NCBI RefSeq assembly: GCF_003918875.1 | Contig: NW_025765956.1 | Coordinates: 1-64,000, forward strand | Direction of reading: 5' to 3' | From: Haliotis rubra | Taxonomy: Eukaryota | Length of the DNA: 64,000 bases | Part shown: positions 48,801-59,849 of the stretch, piece by piece | Position numbering within the stretch: position 1 is the first letter of the stretch | How the letters are laid out: each line of letters opens with the position of its first letter | Translations under genes and position numbers: made by a program | The notes under the pieces: generated by a model | What the model was told of the DNA's origin: nothing | The model's input: the letters and a program-made list of their open reading frames with translations, nothing else | Database searches by the model: none

Positions 48801-51800
48801 AACATATATGCAAAAATATTAACATTAAATGTAAAACTTATTTATATAAAATTTGGCGGCGTCTTAAAATGGTTTTAAAGCAGGTACATTTATAAGATCT
48901 TCAGAGCTTAAAAGGACTGATGACATTTCAGGTTAGAGGGTAAAACGTGGCATGATAAACTTTGCTGATGTTGAAAGGTTTTCTCTTAAATCGTCGTAAA
49001 GTGGACACAAAGCCGGATTTTATTTACAGCGGAGGCGCTGATTTCTGTACCCGTCGTCGTCCTGAACAAAGCGAGGGCACGTCTGTGAGACTTTGAGGTG
49101 TTAAAACATAGGCCTCTGTTATATCGAATATTGATTTTTGGATTCTGTAGCACAGGCCCTCGAGTCTATGCGAGGATTAAAGCTTTTTTATAAATATAAA
49201 AAAATTTGACATGACCCCCGACTCGAAATGCTTCACAATACAATACATCATGTATTGTACTGTGAAGCATTTCGAGTCGGGGATCATCTCAAAAACAATA
49301 TTTTTAAAGGTCACATGCAACCAAAAAATCAAACATAATTAAAACACAATTATCACTTCTTCATGACATATAATATGCATTGCTGATTATGAAAAAACAA
49401 ATAAACAAAATTATAAGCGTATAATCGCAAATCAAAAGTGCAATATTTTGTACTTGGGTTTACCTCCCTCGAAACGAAGCAGCCGGGATACCGAACCCAG
49501 TCAGAGCGGGTGGGTGTGCACTCAAGTGTAACGGCTGGTTCATTAGCAGATGCCGCCTTCACGGCTCATGTGTGTGTGTATATATAGAGATGTTGGGTTT
49601 GTAAATACATGCTCATTTTTGTGTATAACATTTTGCAATCAACAGACATCATAACATGTCATGTGTTCAAGTATCACACCTGCCTGTCTGTGTAATTACA
49701 TAATGTGACAGAGACCGAACTCGGGCCATAAATCAATGCGTTTTGTTTATGGTGTATAGCCTGATTGGTGTTAAGTTCAAATTGCATGTGGTCAGTGATC
49801 GCAGTTGTGTATTGAATATTGTCATTAGCAGACAGGCAGGCAGACACACAGGTGTCAATAAAACAAGACATTGAGTTTTGTCTGTGACAGCGACATATCT
49901 ATATCACAGTTAGAAATTGTCAACGCTAAATAATGACATTGCTTTTAAGTATCGAACTGAGAAAGTGACTCGGTAAGAAGAACGTGTGGTGAAATAGACA
50001 AATGAAATTATATAAACAGTTTATTTACTGTCATAACATATAAAAAGCTCGCGCCTGTGAGATATCAACAAAACATTATGAAAATAGCTCACACCAAAGC
50101 CTTCACCGAGTATTCACCAGACAGACTGCTTCCAAGTTGCGCGAACCTATTTCACTGCGCACGTGCTATGAGCGCAGCCCAGCTGTTGAAACCCGTATTC
50201 CCCAGAAAAGTCTGGGGAAAATTAGTGAAACGTTTGAACTCCGATTTCGCGCGTTTTTTTTCATCACGTTATTTTTCAACTTTATAAGTTGAATTTGCAT
50301 TTTTGACACTTTGTTTCGGTAAGTCCATACCGAAAGGTATCAGAATCTGCAAAGTTGTGTTTTACGTTGCATGTGACCTTTAAATCTTTAATCCTTGCAA
50401 AAACACGAGGGCCTGTGTTCTGTAGTGCCAGAGTTTGTTTTTCCCCGATCACCGTTTTGCGTTCTCCAGGTGTGATGAAATTTCACTATTGTTTATGAAA
50501 GCTTGTAACGATAGTTCTTCACAGTCTCTTACAGTGATGATGTTGTTTAAATGAGCTTCTTTGGTGATTCCCAATGTGTTCATTCGCCGGTAAAAAGCTA
50601 AGTGCCAAGGCTTGTGTCTGTTCCATGCTTGATTACTTCCCAATTAAAAACATAGGGCTTCATACGTTCTTGGTCCATATTCATCATTCTCCTCCAGTAA
50701 CGAATCAAGCATATATCTTGTCGTACACCTATTTGCAGGGTTCCTCCCCATGTCACCAATAACTGCTTCATTAGCCTCGACTTCAATAGCCTAGACCTAG
50801 GTAAAATCTCATAGCAGGGTTTCGCATTGCGTTGATTGATGAATAGTCCTGTGTTCCATAGATTGAAATGCCTTAAATTACAACTGGCCAATCGGTAAAC
50901 AATAGGTCTACCTTCGCGTTTGTTCAGACTCTATTTGAGGCGACTTCTGAAACCTTGAGTCTTTTACATGTAAACAATTAACTACTTGGCGTACTTGTCA
51001 CTTATGTTACACGTGACATGCTTAGTTGTCGACAATTGATACCTTGTGCTGGTTTAGTCCACAATCTCAAACATAAGACAATTAAGTCTGTAAATATATA
51101 TAATAATTATAAACTCATTCAATTAAGTCTTCATTTATTAGTCACGTGATCAAAGCGGGTACCCGGGTCCAGCTCATTACTCCACCCGTCCTGGGTACCC
51201 GGGTAACCCGTCCCGGCCCTAGAACATACCCATATTTCCAGCACTGTACTTCCTTGTCTGGCTTTGTGGCCGATCCCTCCAGTCATTGAAGGCCTGACGG
51301 AACACTAGCGGCTCGTGCCCCTCCAAAACACGGAACACATTCACGTTGTTGGGGTATTCCTTGTGTTCTGCGAATGTCTACGCGGTTAAAACAACACACA
51401 GTGAAATATTGGAAAACTTGAAAATGAGAAATATACCGGGTCCTGGATATAAATATATACTATATCTTGTATTTGCTCAGTAGACAACGCTTCATGAAGT
51501 AAGCTAAAAAAACAGCTTCGCGACAAATGGAAAACTTTCTTTGCTCCGGAAGGGTCTCGGCAGATGCTGTCTTAAAGTTATACGTCGAGACCTTTTGTTA
51601 CACCTTAAAACATATGATCGATTTGTTTCCCTCTTTTTTGAAGCAACTAGCTTGCAAATTGTCCATTTTACAAAGGTCACAGGGGCGGTAGGGTAGCCTA
51701 ATGGATAAAGCGTCCGCTCGTCACGCTAAAGACCCAGGTTCGATTCCCCACATGGGTACGATGAGTGAAACATATTTCTAGTGTCCCCGCAGTGATATTG

Positions 51801-54800
51801 CTGGAATATTGCTAAAAGCGGCGTAAAACCATACTCACTCACTCATAACATAAGGCGAGTTTGAGTGAATAACCCTGAAAAACATACCTTTCCCCTTGAT
51901 ATAGCATTGCTGACCTCGGTGACCGGAGCGTGAGATCCCACCCACAGAAATAGCGGGTTGTTAGGTCCGGTGTCCAACAGGTAGCACGACTACAGCAAAT
52001 AGGATTTATACTCATTTCTGAACACGTGTTCTTTGTTCACAGTGGGTATATTATATAAACATCCTATATAAGCCAGTAATGTACATTTACTTATACAAGA
52101 AAGATACTAATAGTTACATTTACATAAATGCATTCCTTAGTCCCGCCAGGATCTGATGCTGGTCATGATCTATGGCTTGTCACCACCATAATCGTGTTAA
52201 TGGTTTCTCAAAACCGGGAATTATCCTCTTCGCCATTAATTATGTTCTCATATGAATCTATGAGACCGTCATAAAATTGAAATATTCCCCAGATGGCGTT
52301 CAACGAATAAACCCACTCAGAATGAGAGAAAGAGACGTGTATATACCTACCGAGGACACAAGGTATTTGTACTGGAGAGGTTTCCGTGCAGCGTAGGGCA
52401 TGTCATACAGCACCCGATCTCCGCTCACCCTGGGGAATAAGGACCCGGATATAACCATTCATACAATACTGGCTTTGAAGGGGGGAACGGTTTATCACTG
52501 CTTTCACTAGATATTACAATACTTCTCTTTGTGGCACCAACTAAATATTTACTGAAAAGGAACACTTTTTATGGATAGACGACTTTATCGCAATAGATGC
52601 ATACCTTCTATCCATAAAAATTGTTCCTCTTCATCATACCAGCTTCTAATATTTACTCTATTTCCTTACCGATGGAGCGTGATAGTTTCCTCCGTGCGGT
52701 CAGTGTCCGAGTGCCCATTCATCTGATGGTGGACTGGCGACTCCTCTCGCTCGTCGTCCAACTTCTTCATAAAGGACTTGTTCAGTTCTTCGTCTTTCTC
52801 GTCTACAGAATAACATGGTTACTTCCAGTATTATTCCCCGATTGAGTTTCTAGGTGTGTCAGCACGATACCCGAGCACGTGGGTTTCACTAGAGTGGTAA
52901 ACATCTAACACCTGCATAACTTCGGGATTTCCTCCCACATCAAGCAGACACGCCGTGATACACCTGGAATACTGTTTACAGCGGCTGTACACTCAACACT
53001 CAGCGAGAACTTCAATAGATCTACCACATAGTTTAAATAGTAGATTTACGATATAGTAGACTTGTGACATAATGATCTGCACTGATGGGGACTTTACCGA
53101 ATGTCAAAGAAGACTATAACCAGGATTGCCTTGTAACCAAGTACATTTGAGAATCCTGTGATAAAACTATATATTTTATGCGGGGAACAAAAGAAAACAA
53201 GGTTATCCTGATGTCTTGTTTGGCATATTTGTTACTTTCCAGTGTATTTTATAGATGAAAGAAATAAACCTTCTTGGTCATATAGTTCTAGTGATAGTAG
53301 AAACTCCTCTGAACGTGTTGTAAGATGTTTTCGTGTCGTATTCATGATGACTGCGTGGTGTCACATACCAATAACGACAACATGCGCTTTCCCTTTCCTC
53401 TGCCAATTCCGTATTCGTCGAGCCACCTGAATAGCCTGAAATCAGAGTATCACATGGCATTATAACTTTACAATTACGCTGCAGGAACATATACAAGGAA
53501 TTGCTATGAGCAGACTGTGATTGTTCCTCTACCTTCACACGTGCGACGTAGCCGCACTTGCTGCCGATCCAGACGTAGACGCGAGGGTAGCCGTCCAGTA
53601 TGACGGCCACGGAGGGTTCAAGTGCTGATACCGTCGGCCTCTCCTGGAACACACCGACAGTATATGAATGGTAATGCAGGTGTATGGACATTGTGTATTT
53701 TTTACACAAATTATTGACTTTTAGAAATCAATATATTTGCATTCTGTAGAATCGTCATTGTTACGTTGCAATATTCCAGCAGAAGAGTCAGGCATGTGCT
53801 TCACACATTGCCCCCAACTCATTGAATGTCGATTAAAAGATTCAACCACGAGACGACCGATGCAGGTACATACGCAGGCAGCCCTGACGTGTTTCCTCCC
53901 CGTCACGACGTACAGCCGCTTGACGTATCGGGCAGTTCTGGAGAGGCTGGTGTGGGGTCCTCCCTCCAGATATCTGGAACACAAGACCACGTCCAGAGGA
54001 GCTTAATGGGCGTAGTAAAGGACCTTTAAACAACATTTGCAAATAAACTATGCATATAGATACGACACATATTCATCATAGTTTGTAGTCCTATGTGTCA
54101 CGTATACCCCCATGAATTCATGTATATTCTGTTCTCTGGAAGGCAGTTTTATACCAGGCAGTTATACGCACTCATACATTATGTATTTTGCATCTGATCG
54201 GCATACAATATGAAACGAATAGTTTTACCAACTAACGTGTCCTAGGACGTTATATCACTGATCACAGACGCACCCACAATGTGGTCTGGATACCTGAAGC
54301 TCGTCAATACTTACACAAGTCCCTCTGGGAACAGGCGCAGGAAGCATAACGATTCGTGTCCTTGTACCTACCCAAAGAAAAAGACAACGATGACACACGT
54401 AGTTAAATGCGAAATACCAGGTAGGTAAGTTTATAAAATCATTTAAAGAAATCAGTGAAGTACTATATTGTCCGATATACTATACGTATGTATCCACATG
54501 TATATATACATATACGTCTTACCTCCCTTGAGAATATACTGGCCCGACAGATTGTAGCGTCCAACTCGTGCGCAAGGTCATGGATGTTGGTCACATCATT
54601 CTGAAACACAGTGATGACAGTAGACGGTAGGGTGGACATTCTGAAATACAGAGATGACAGTAGATGGAAGGGTGGATATTCTGAAACACAAAGATGACAG
54701 TAGACGGAAGGGTGCACATTCTGAAACACAGAGGTGTCAGTAGACGGAAGTCTGGACATTCTGAAACACAGAGATGACAGTAGACGGAAGTCTGGACATT

Positions 54801-55279
54801 CTGAAACACAGAGATGACAGTAGACGGCAGGGTGGACATTCTGAAACACAGCGTTTCAGTAGACGGAAGTTTGGACATTCTGCGACACAGATGTGTCAGT
54901 AGACGGAAGTCTGGACATTCTGAAACACAGAGATGACAGTAGACGGAAGGGTGGACATTCTGAAACACAGACGTTTCAGTAGACGGAAGTGTGGACATTC
55001 TGCGACACAGATGTGTTTCTAGACGGAAGTCTGGACATTATGAAACACAGAGATGACAGTAGACGGAAGGATGGACATTCTGAAACACAGAGGTTTCAGT
55101 AGACGGCAGGATGGACATTCTGCGACCCAGATGTGTTTCTAGACGGAAGAGTGGAGGATCACAGTGGACACACCCAATAATGTACTCACAAATCGAATAA
55201 TGAAAAATGTCGTGGAACGTACCTCTGTCGCATTCTTTCCGGTCCAGAAATGTAAGGAGGATGTCTTGTCCTGCGAGAT
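30857..55279 (-). CDS. Villin/advillin-like actin-binding protein (gelsolin repeats + headpiece); 25 exons, first exon(s) not located
   Basis: GT-AG exons in consistent phase: 55223-55279, 54523-54600, 54315-54367, 53874-53973, 53533-53643, 53369-53435, 52670-52802, 52351-52429, 51888-51989, 51230-51377, 47210-47313, 46425-46571, 44801-44887, 44193-44258, 43589-43675, 43312-43395, 42639-42700, 42167-42266, 41876-41965, 41554-41598, 40749-40814, 38987-39112, 31675-31746, 31393-31488, 30857-31048 (2352 nt including stop). Motifs LHFWTG, REVQGHES..F..LF, YLEGG, VYVWIG, CYLLDTG..LFLWVG, VRVLDGKEPSH, FWSVLGG, PRLFHCS, QGHEPHGFTKYF, LPKWKQ. Confidence 0.92.
31951..33389 (+). mobile_element. Tc1-family DNA transposon with degenerate transposase (~32243-33212)
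   Basis: MPRLTTAQR..VANHFQVNVRTIYRLQQRFR..DRPRTGRPRVTT, VLLTDES, IMVWGGI, FQHDNAWAHTAR, WPALSPDLNPIEHLWD. Imperfect TIRs flanked by TA; empty site in copy 1 at ~20820. Confidence 0.92.
34389..35294. mobile_element. Non-autonomous Tc1/mariner-type element
   Basis: TA|CGAGGGGCGATCAAAAAAAATGTAGA ... TCTACGTACTTTTTGATCTACTCACG|TA. Copy 1 shows the empty site AAGGTATGCC at ~21780. Confidence 0.85.
39335..39556 (-). repeat. Mollusc SINE (MESC/Meta-core type)
   Basis: Same family as 17255 and 23685; ends GGATCTTCACGGGTC. Confidence 0.7.
40483..40647 (+). mobile_element. tRNA-derived SINE
   Basis: GGGGCGGTGGGGTAGCCTAGTGGTT (A box), GGGTTCGATTCCC (B box), (CTCA)n tail; same family as 28628. Confidence 0.9.
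42303..42470. repeat. (CA)n microsatellites inside a triplicated ~58-bp unit
   Basis: GTAGTCACAGTT(C/T)AGGAA..GTACT + (CA)n repeated three times. Confidence 0.8.
46130..46420. repeat. ~52-bp intronic minisatellite
   Basis: CCCATTGTTGACGGCCCTCACGAACACCTGACTTCACCCAAACCAAGTT repeated ~4-5 times next to the donor at 46424. Confidence 0.85.
46903..47003. mobile_element. Palindromic MITE-like hairpin
   Basis: TAGGTCCAACATTCGTTCACTGATAGCCATCTACATATAGA ... TCTATATGTAGATGGCTATCAGTGAACGAGCGTTGGACCTA. Confidence 0.75.
49151..50417. mobile_element. Palindromic MITE with 8-bp TSD (split by the Kolobok)
   Basis: TIR CACAGGCCCTCG.G...GGATTAAAG / CTTTAATCC...CGAGGGCCTGTG; TSD TTCTGTAG at 49143-49150 and 50418-50425; internal hairpin ~49215-49282. 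Confidence 0.85.
49308..50379. mobile_element. Non-autonomous Kolobok-type DNA transposon
   Basis: TTAA|AGGTCACATGCAAC ... GTTGCATGTGACCT|TTAA. Confidence 0.85.
51681..51845 (+). mobile_element. tRNA-derived SINE
   Basis: Same family as 40483: A/B boxes and (CTCA)n tail. Confidence 0.85.
54601..55148. repeat. 40-bp minisatellite (~13.7 copies) containing the exon acceptor motif
   Basis: Unit CTGAAACACAGAGATGACAGTAGACGGAAGGGTGGACATT. Confidence 0.92.
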
Positions 55280-57239
55280 CTGTAACCAATGTCATAGTGA
55301 GCACACACACAATATCAGACATATAAGCCGCATTCAGTACACATACCGTTTCCGACCAACATGTTTCAATCAACGCGGTATATCAGACGTACCGGGCATA
55401 TTCGACATACACATCATATTGGACCTACCGGACATAGTCAATAAATATACCGCGCACCTGGCATTAACCAGTTGACAGCTATTACAGGGTTAACCTATAG
55501 CATAAGCTATTACACATAATTATATAAAAGCGACAAAATAATGTTTGACATCAATAAGACATTTCGTGGTGCAATTCCGACTATATGATGAGCACGAGTC
55601 TGTATGTTTAACGCCACACACATTATTACGGCTATATGACGGCGGTCTGTAGAGATTCGAGTCTGTTTAGTGATCAAAATCATGAGATACGAGGACAGAG
55701 CATATATTTATGAATCACTAACAAATAGTGATGATACTTGGTGTTCGCAAAAAGGTGGGCGTATCCTGCCCCACCGGTCTCATTTGTCATAAACATATGG
55801 AAAGGCTTGTCAACTGTTACAAGTCAAAATAGGGAATTGCATCGGACATCACTTTGGTCATTGATGCATCATGTTTTAAAATGTCCTCCACATATCTACC
55901 ATGAAACGTTCACTCAACCACTGACTATATCAGAAACATTACGTGCATTGTCGCTAAATGTTACAAAAGACGCAACGGTGTTCACCAAACACACCACAAT
56001 ATAAGCATGGGTGGTGTAGCTTGTTAATTCGGAAAGGAAACTTTCTCCATCCCCTTTGTTAAACACGACTGAAACACGTTATGATAAAAATATATACCAA
56101 CGGTAAATTTTCCCATAAACACGTTGATTACTTTAAAAAATAAACTTTGTCCTCATGTTTCATAGACTAAGAGTTATTTGGAAAGTCCTATTATAGACTT
56201 GTCACGAACCGATTGATTAGCGGGGGCTAGAGTTGTCACATGACACATCATGGTTGACAAATGGCAAGGTCAGTCCGTGTTTGAGCATACTGATGCACTA
56301 GATGATTCATTACAAAGCTGTCATTACAAACTGTTCCCGGGGTGACAAAACAGCCACTTCTTCAGACGTGGAAACGAACTTGTCTATACGTTTAGAACGA
56401 TCCTCAAACTGATCTTCAGACTGAGACATAGATTGGGAATTGATTTGTCAAATACGGATGTATGTGTGTACATATCCCGCTCTGTACAGGCCGCGTCTGA
56501 GACCAACAATTCCATGGAGCGGACATAATATAGCGATTCTTCGCTTGACATTCAGTATTTGTCCGGATCAAAAGTCTCCCTAATCCATGAGGTAATGCGG
56601 CCCGGCTCCTTAGCTTCTGTCAAGGAACTCCATCTAATACCCCCTCGTCACAGGAACCGCCACAGTGTTACACAGCGAATCGACGTGTGTAAATAGTTCG
56701 ATTTGTGGTAGTTGGAGACTGAATGCTATGTATGGGTTACAGACATGCGTGTAACTAATTGTAGGGCAGGCTACAAGATGGGACGAAATTCAATACGAAA
56801 TGTATTCAGTAACAGAACACCATTACTCAATGGAGATAGATCCACAGCAGTCTCAGCACAAGTTTGGAACACGTGAACACGTCCTGCTATACATGTACAT
56901 TTGCGATATTCTGAACACTTGATATTAACTCATCTTTAGTTTCTCTACTTGTTAGTCTGCTGTGATAGTCCTGGAATATTGATAAACGCGGCGTAAAACC
57001 CCAACTATATTTACGTGGCACATCATATAATTACAAAAGGCGGCCAGACTAGTCAGTACCACCCCATCTACCCAAAATACATGAATATAGGTACATAAAA
57101 TGATAAATCACGCATGCGGGGGTGAAGTATTTAACAATTTCTTTATGAAAATAGGACATTAGGTGTTTGAAAGCTTTTGGTAAGAGTAATATATTAGGAA
57201 GGCCAGTGAGGCCACCTATTTCCTTTAGCTGTGTGTGTA

Positions 57240-57362
57240 AGTGAGTGAGTTTTTGTTTTACGCTGCACTCAGCAATATTCCAGCTATCTGGTGGCGGTCT
57301 GTAAATAATCGAGTCTGGACCAGACAGTCCAGTGATCAACAGCATGAGCATCGATCACGGGT
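57240..57362 (-). repeat. Mollusc SINE 3' fragment
   Basis: (GAGT)n tail + CAGCAATATTCCAGCTAT...GTCTGGACCAGAC. Confidence 0.7.
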
Positions 57363-57770
57363 CTGCATTAGCCGTGTCTTTAAGGGTCATTGTTAAGCAT
57401 AATATGGGAAGACTTCCTTTCCTCTTATAGTGGCATATTTAATGTAAGTGTATACGAACAAAAGTGTATGAGCTGTTTAATCCAGAAATAAAACCATGTT
57501 TTTATATCATTATTTATTTGATTGTGGTATTTGCTGTTTTCCATGAATGTTAAGGGTACGTATTCCTTGAAAGGGAAAAAGCAATTAAGATATCTGTATT
57601 TTCATTTCTTCGCTGGAACACTATTTTCACAGATCTTTCATTGATAACTTGTTCAGATCACAAACACGACAGCTAAAATACAATTTTGAATCATTCTGAA
57701 AATGTATACTTCCTCTGCACATGCACTTGGGTCGTATGTGAATCAGCTGGTTTGATAACATTGTTAATGG

Positions 57771-58023
57771 CATCCTCGATAATCTCCAGGCCATACGTTA
57801 CGATCACTCTCCACTATACCCTGTATAGCATACCAGGGTATACGTTACGATCACTCTCCACTATACCCTGTATAGCATACCAGGGTATACGTTACGATCA
57901 CTCTCCACTATACCCTGTATAGTATACCAGGGTATACGTTACGATCACTCTCCACTATACCCTGTATAGTATACCAGGGTATACGTTACGATCACTCTCC
58001 ACTACACCAGATTATCGAGGATG
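57771..58023. mobile_element. Small TIR element filled with a 41-bp tandem repeat
   Basis: CATCCTCGATAATCT ... AGATTATCGAGGATG inverted ends enclosing ~5 copies of ATACGTTACGATCACTCTCCACTATACCCTGTATAGCATACCAGGGT-type units. Confidence 0.75.
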
Positions 58024-59849
58024 AAAGACTATCGGAAAGTGAAACATGGCACACGGGATATACACAGCGTCCTGTATAATGTTCAGATATCCCGATCCGT
58101 GCTAATGCATCATGATAAAGTGGGACAAACTGACTTCTTTAACCTTTGCCGGAAGCAGATGAACTATTGCAGCTTTCAAACAGAGTTATAGTTGGCGTTG
58201 GAAACAGCGTACAGTTTGTCAGCTTACACCTAGCCTGTCGGGGCTGTTGAATACAGAGGGCAACCTCTTCCATACACAGAATCATATAACATGATCGATG
58301 TTGTGTTACTACCTATCAATCCTGCCTATCAGAGCGTAACTCTACCAGATTGTCACCACCTTCAGTCCTGGAGATCGATTTCTTAATGCCAAGTACACAA
58401 ATGTATTAAAGCCTTTAGAATTAATGCTTATCTCTAAATTGCTGCTTAAGGGGACCGTGTTAATGAGCTTATTTGTGAAAACTGATTTCATGCTTGAAGC
58501 CACAACGACAATACCTGATTTCCTGCCCAATAGCTCAGCATTGTGGTGGAGGTTAAGGTTGGAACAGAGAGTGATCATACAGAGTAAGCGTTAGCCTTAC
58601 GCCTGGTGAATAGGAGCAAGGAGGCAATAGTTCTAGAAGGAATCCTTAACACACATATATATATATATATATATATTAGATATTGAAAGAATTTGAATGT
58701 TGTTGGATGTTTACCTTGCAAAAAAGCGTAAAAAATGGGAATGTTTTTCTGCCATAGAAAATGTCCCTCTGATGTTGTCATATATATGGTACTTTAAAGA
58801 AAGTCGTCCTAAATGCATTGACAGATAAAACTAGCAATATGATACACCTAAAGAAGGGACAAGAACTAGCCCAGAATGGTCGTGACAAACAAATATAGAA
58901 GTTGTTATCCACAACATTTGTCTCTTATGATACAATCGGGTATTCTTCAGGTCATTAATATATTATGTGAGCCTAAAAGACATGGATCCTACTATAACTG
59001 ACTGGTTTGAAAATATGTTCTTATTACTTCAACATTTTGGACAGAGACAGAATTCAATTACATTTCGATGTATGAAGAAACTATTGTATCATAGCATTTT
59101 CTGATATTTTCTGATGATGAAGCATTAAAAGGCACGACGAGGACATTCCGATACAGCCTGATTGCCTCAACAGAGAAGAGGCGGAATGTAATATATGAAC
59201 AGGAATTTTGAACCATTTTAAGCCCTCAGTAGTTTACGTCAATATCGGTTGGAACCATACCCTGATCGGATATTGATAGAAGCTTTGATATATCATCTGC
59301 GGTGTAGAGAAACATGAAGCGAGGTACTAAAGTGGACAATCATCGGCTTTTGAGGATCTCTCAGGATTTGCCACGAAGCTACTCGCTCTGGAATGACTGT
59401 GAATGCTACTTTGTGCTTGGGGCAATAATAACTATAATACACCCATTGTACAAGCAATGTGTTTCTCAAGAAGGACATTATCCGTTATTATTAAAGCCTG
59501 ACGTGTTGCCGTGCGTCTTAGTGCAGATTTGACAGTGAAATAGATCAACGACATATTTTTGAGCACATGAAAATACATTTTAAAGGTAAATGTACTTTGA
59601 AATATGCTTATAACAGATATCAAGTGATACAGATCACCTCTTTATTTATAGAGCAAACTCGATCAGTGATCCTCGTCATTCAAACATCTATCATAGCTGT
59701 TTACAGTTATAGCCATTGACTAAATCTAAACAGATTATGTTTCTCGTGACAGCAGGTTTCTGAATAAAGTTTCTCAAGCGAAATGTATATTTAGGGGACT
59801 AGGAATAACCCGAACTACCTAAATGTAGAACAATGTACGGAGGACTTAA

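Larger units (their letters stand above)
48620..50900 (-). mobile_element. 5'-truncated LINE ORF2 C-terminal fragment (split by the MITE)
   Basis: IRYWRRMMNMDQER...VFNW, GKNKL..YR, SHRRALALFR, CPLYDDLRE, with a (CTGT)n tail near 48620. Confidence 0.65.
47695..51221. mobile_element. Non-autonomous hAT transposon containing nested insertions
   Basis: TIR TAGGGCTGGGA / TCCCGGCCCTA, subterminal ACCCG/CGGGT repeats, 8-bp TSD GAACATAC at 47687-47694 and 51222-51229. Confidence 0.9.

Noticed and set aside
52912-52963. Extra candidate villin exon with AG/GT-like ends
   Set aside because: The flanking exons 53369-53435 and 52670-52802 already join in phase and give continuous gelsolin-like sequence.
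54463-55148. Repetitive ORFs and CRISPR-like periodicity
   Set aside because: Contiguous 40-bp units with no unique spacers and no cas genes, in a eukaryotic intron. The ORFs are by-products of the repeat.
58342-58578. Possible first villin exon (SPGLKVVTIW resembles PGLQIWRI)
   Set aside because: A stop follows immediately and I found no compatible splice sites, so the N-terminal exons remain unlocated.
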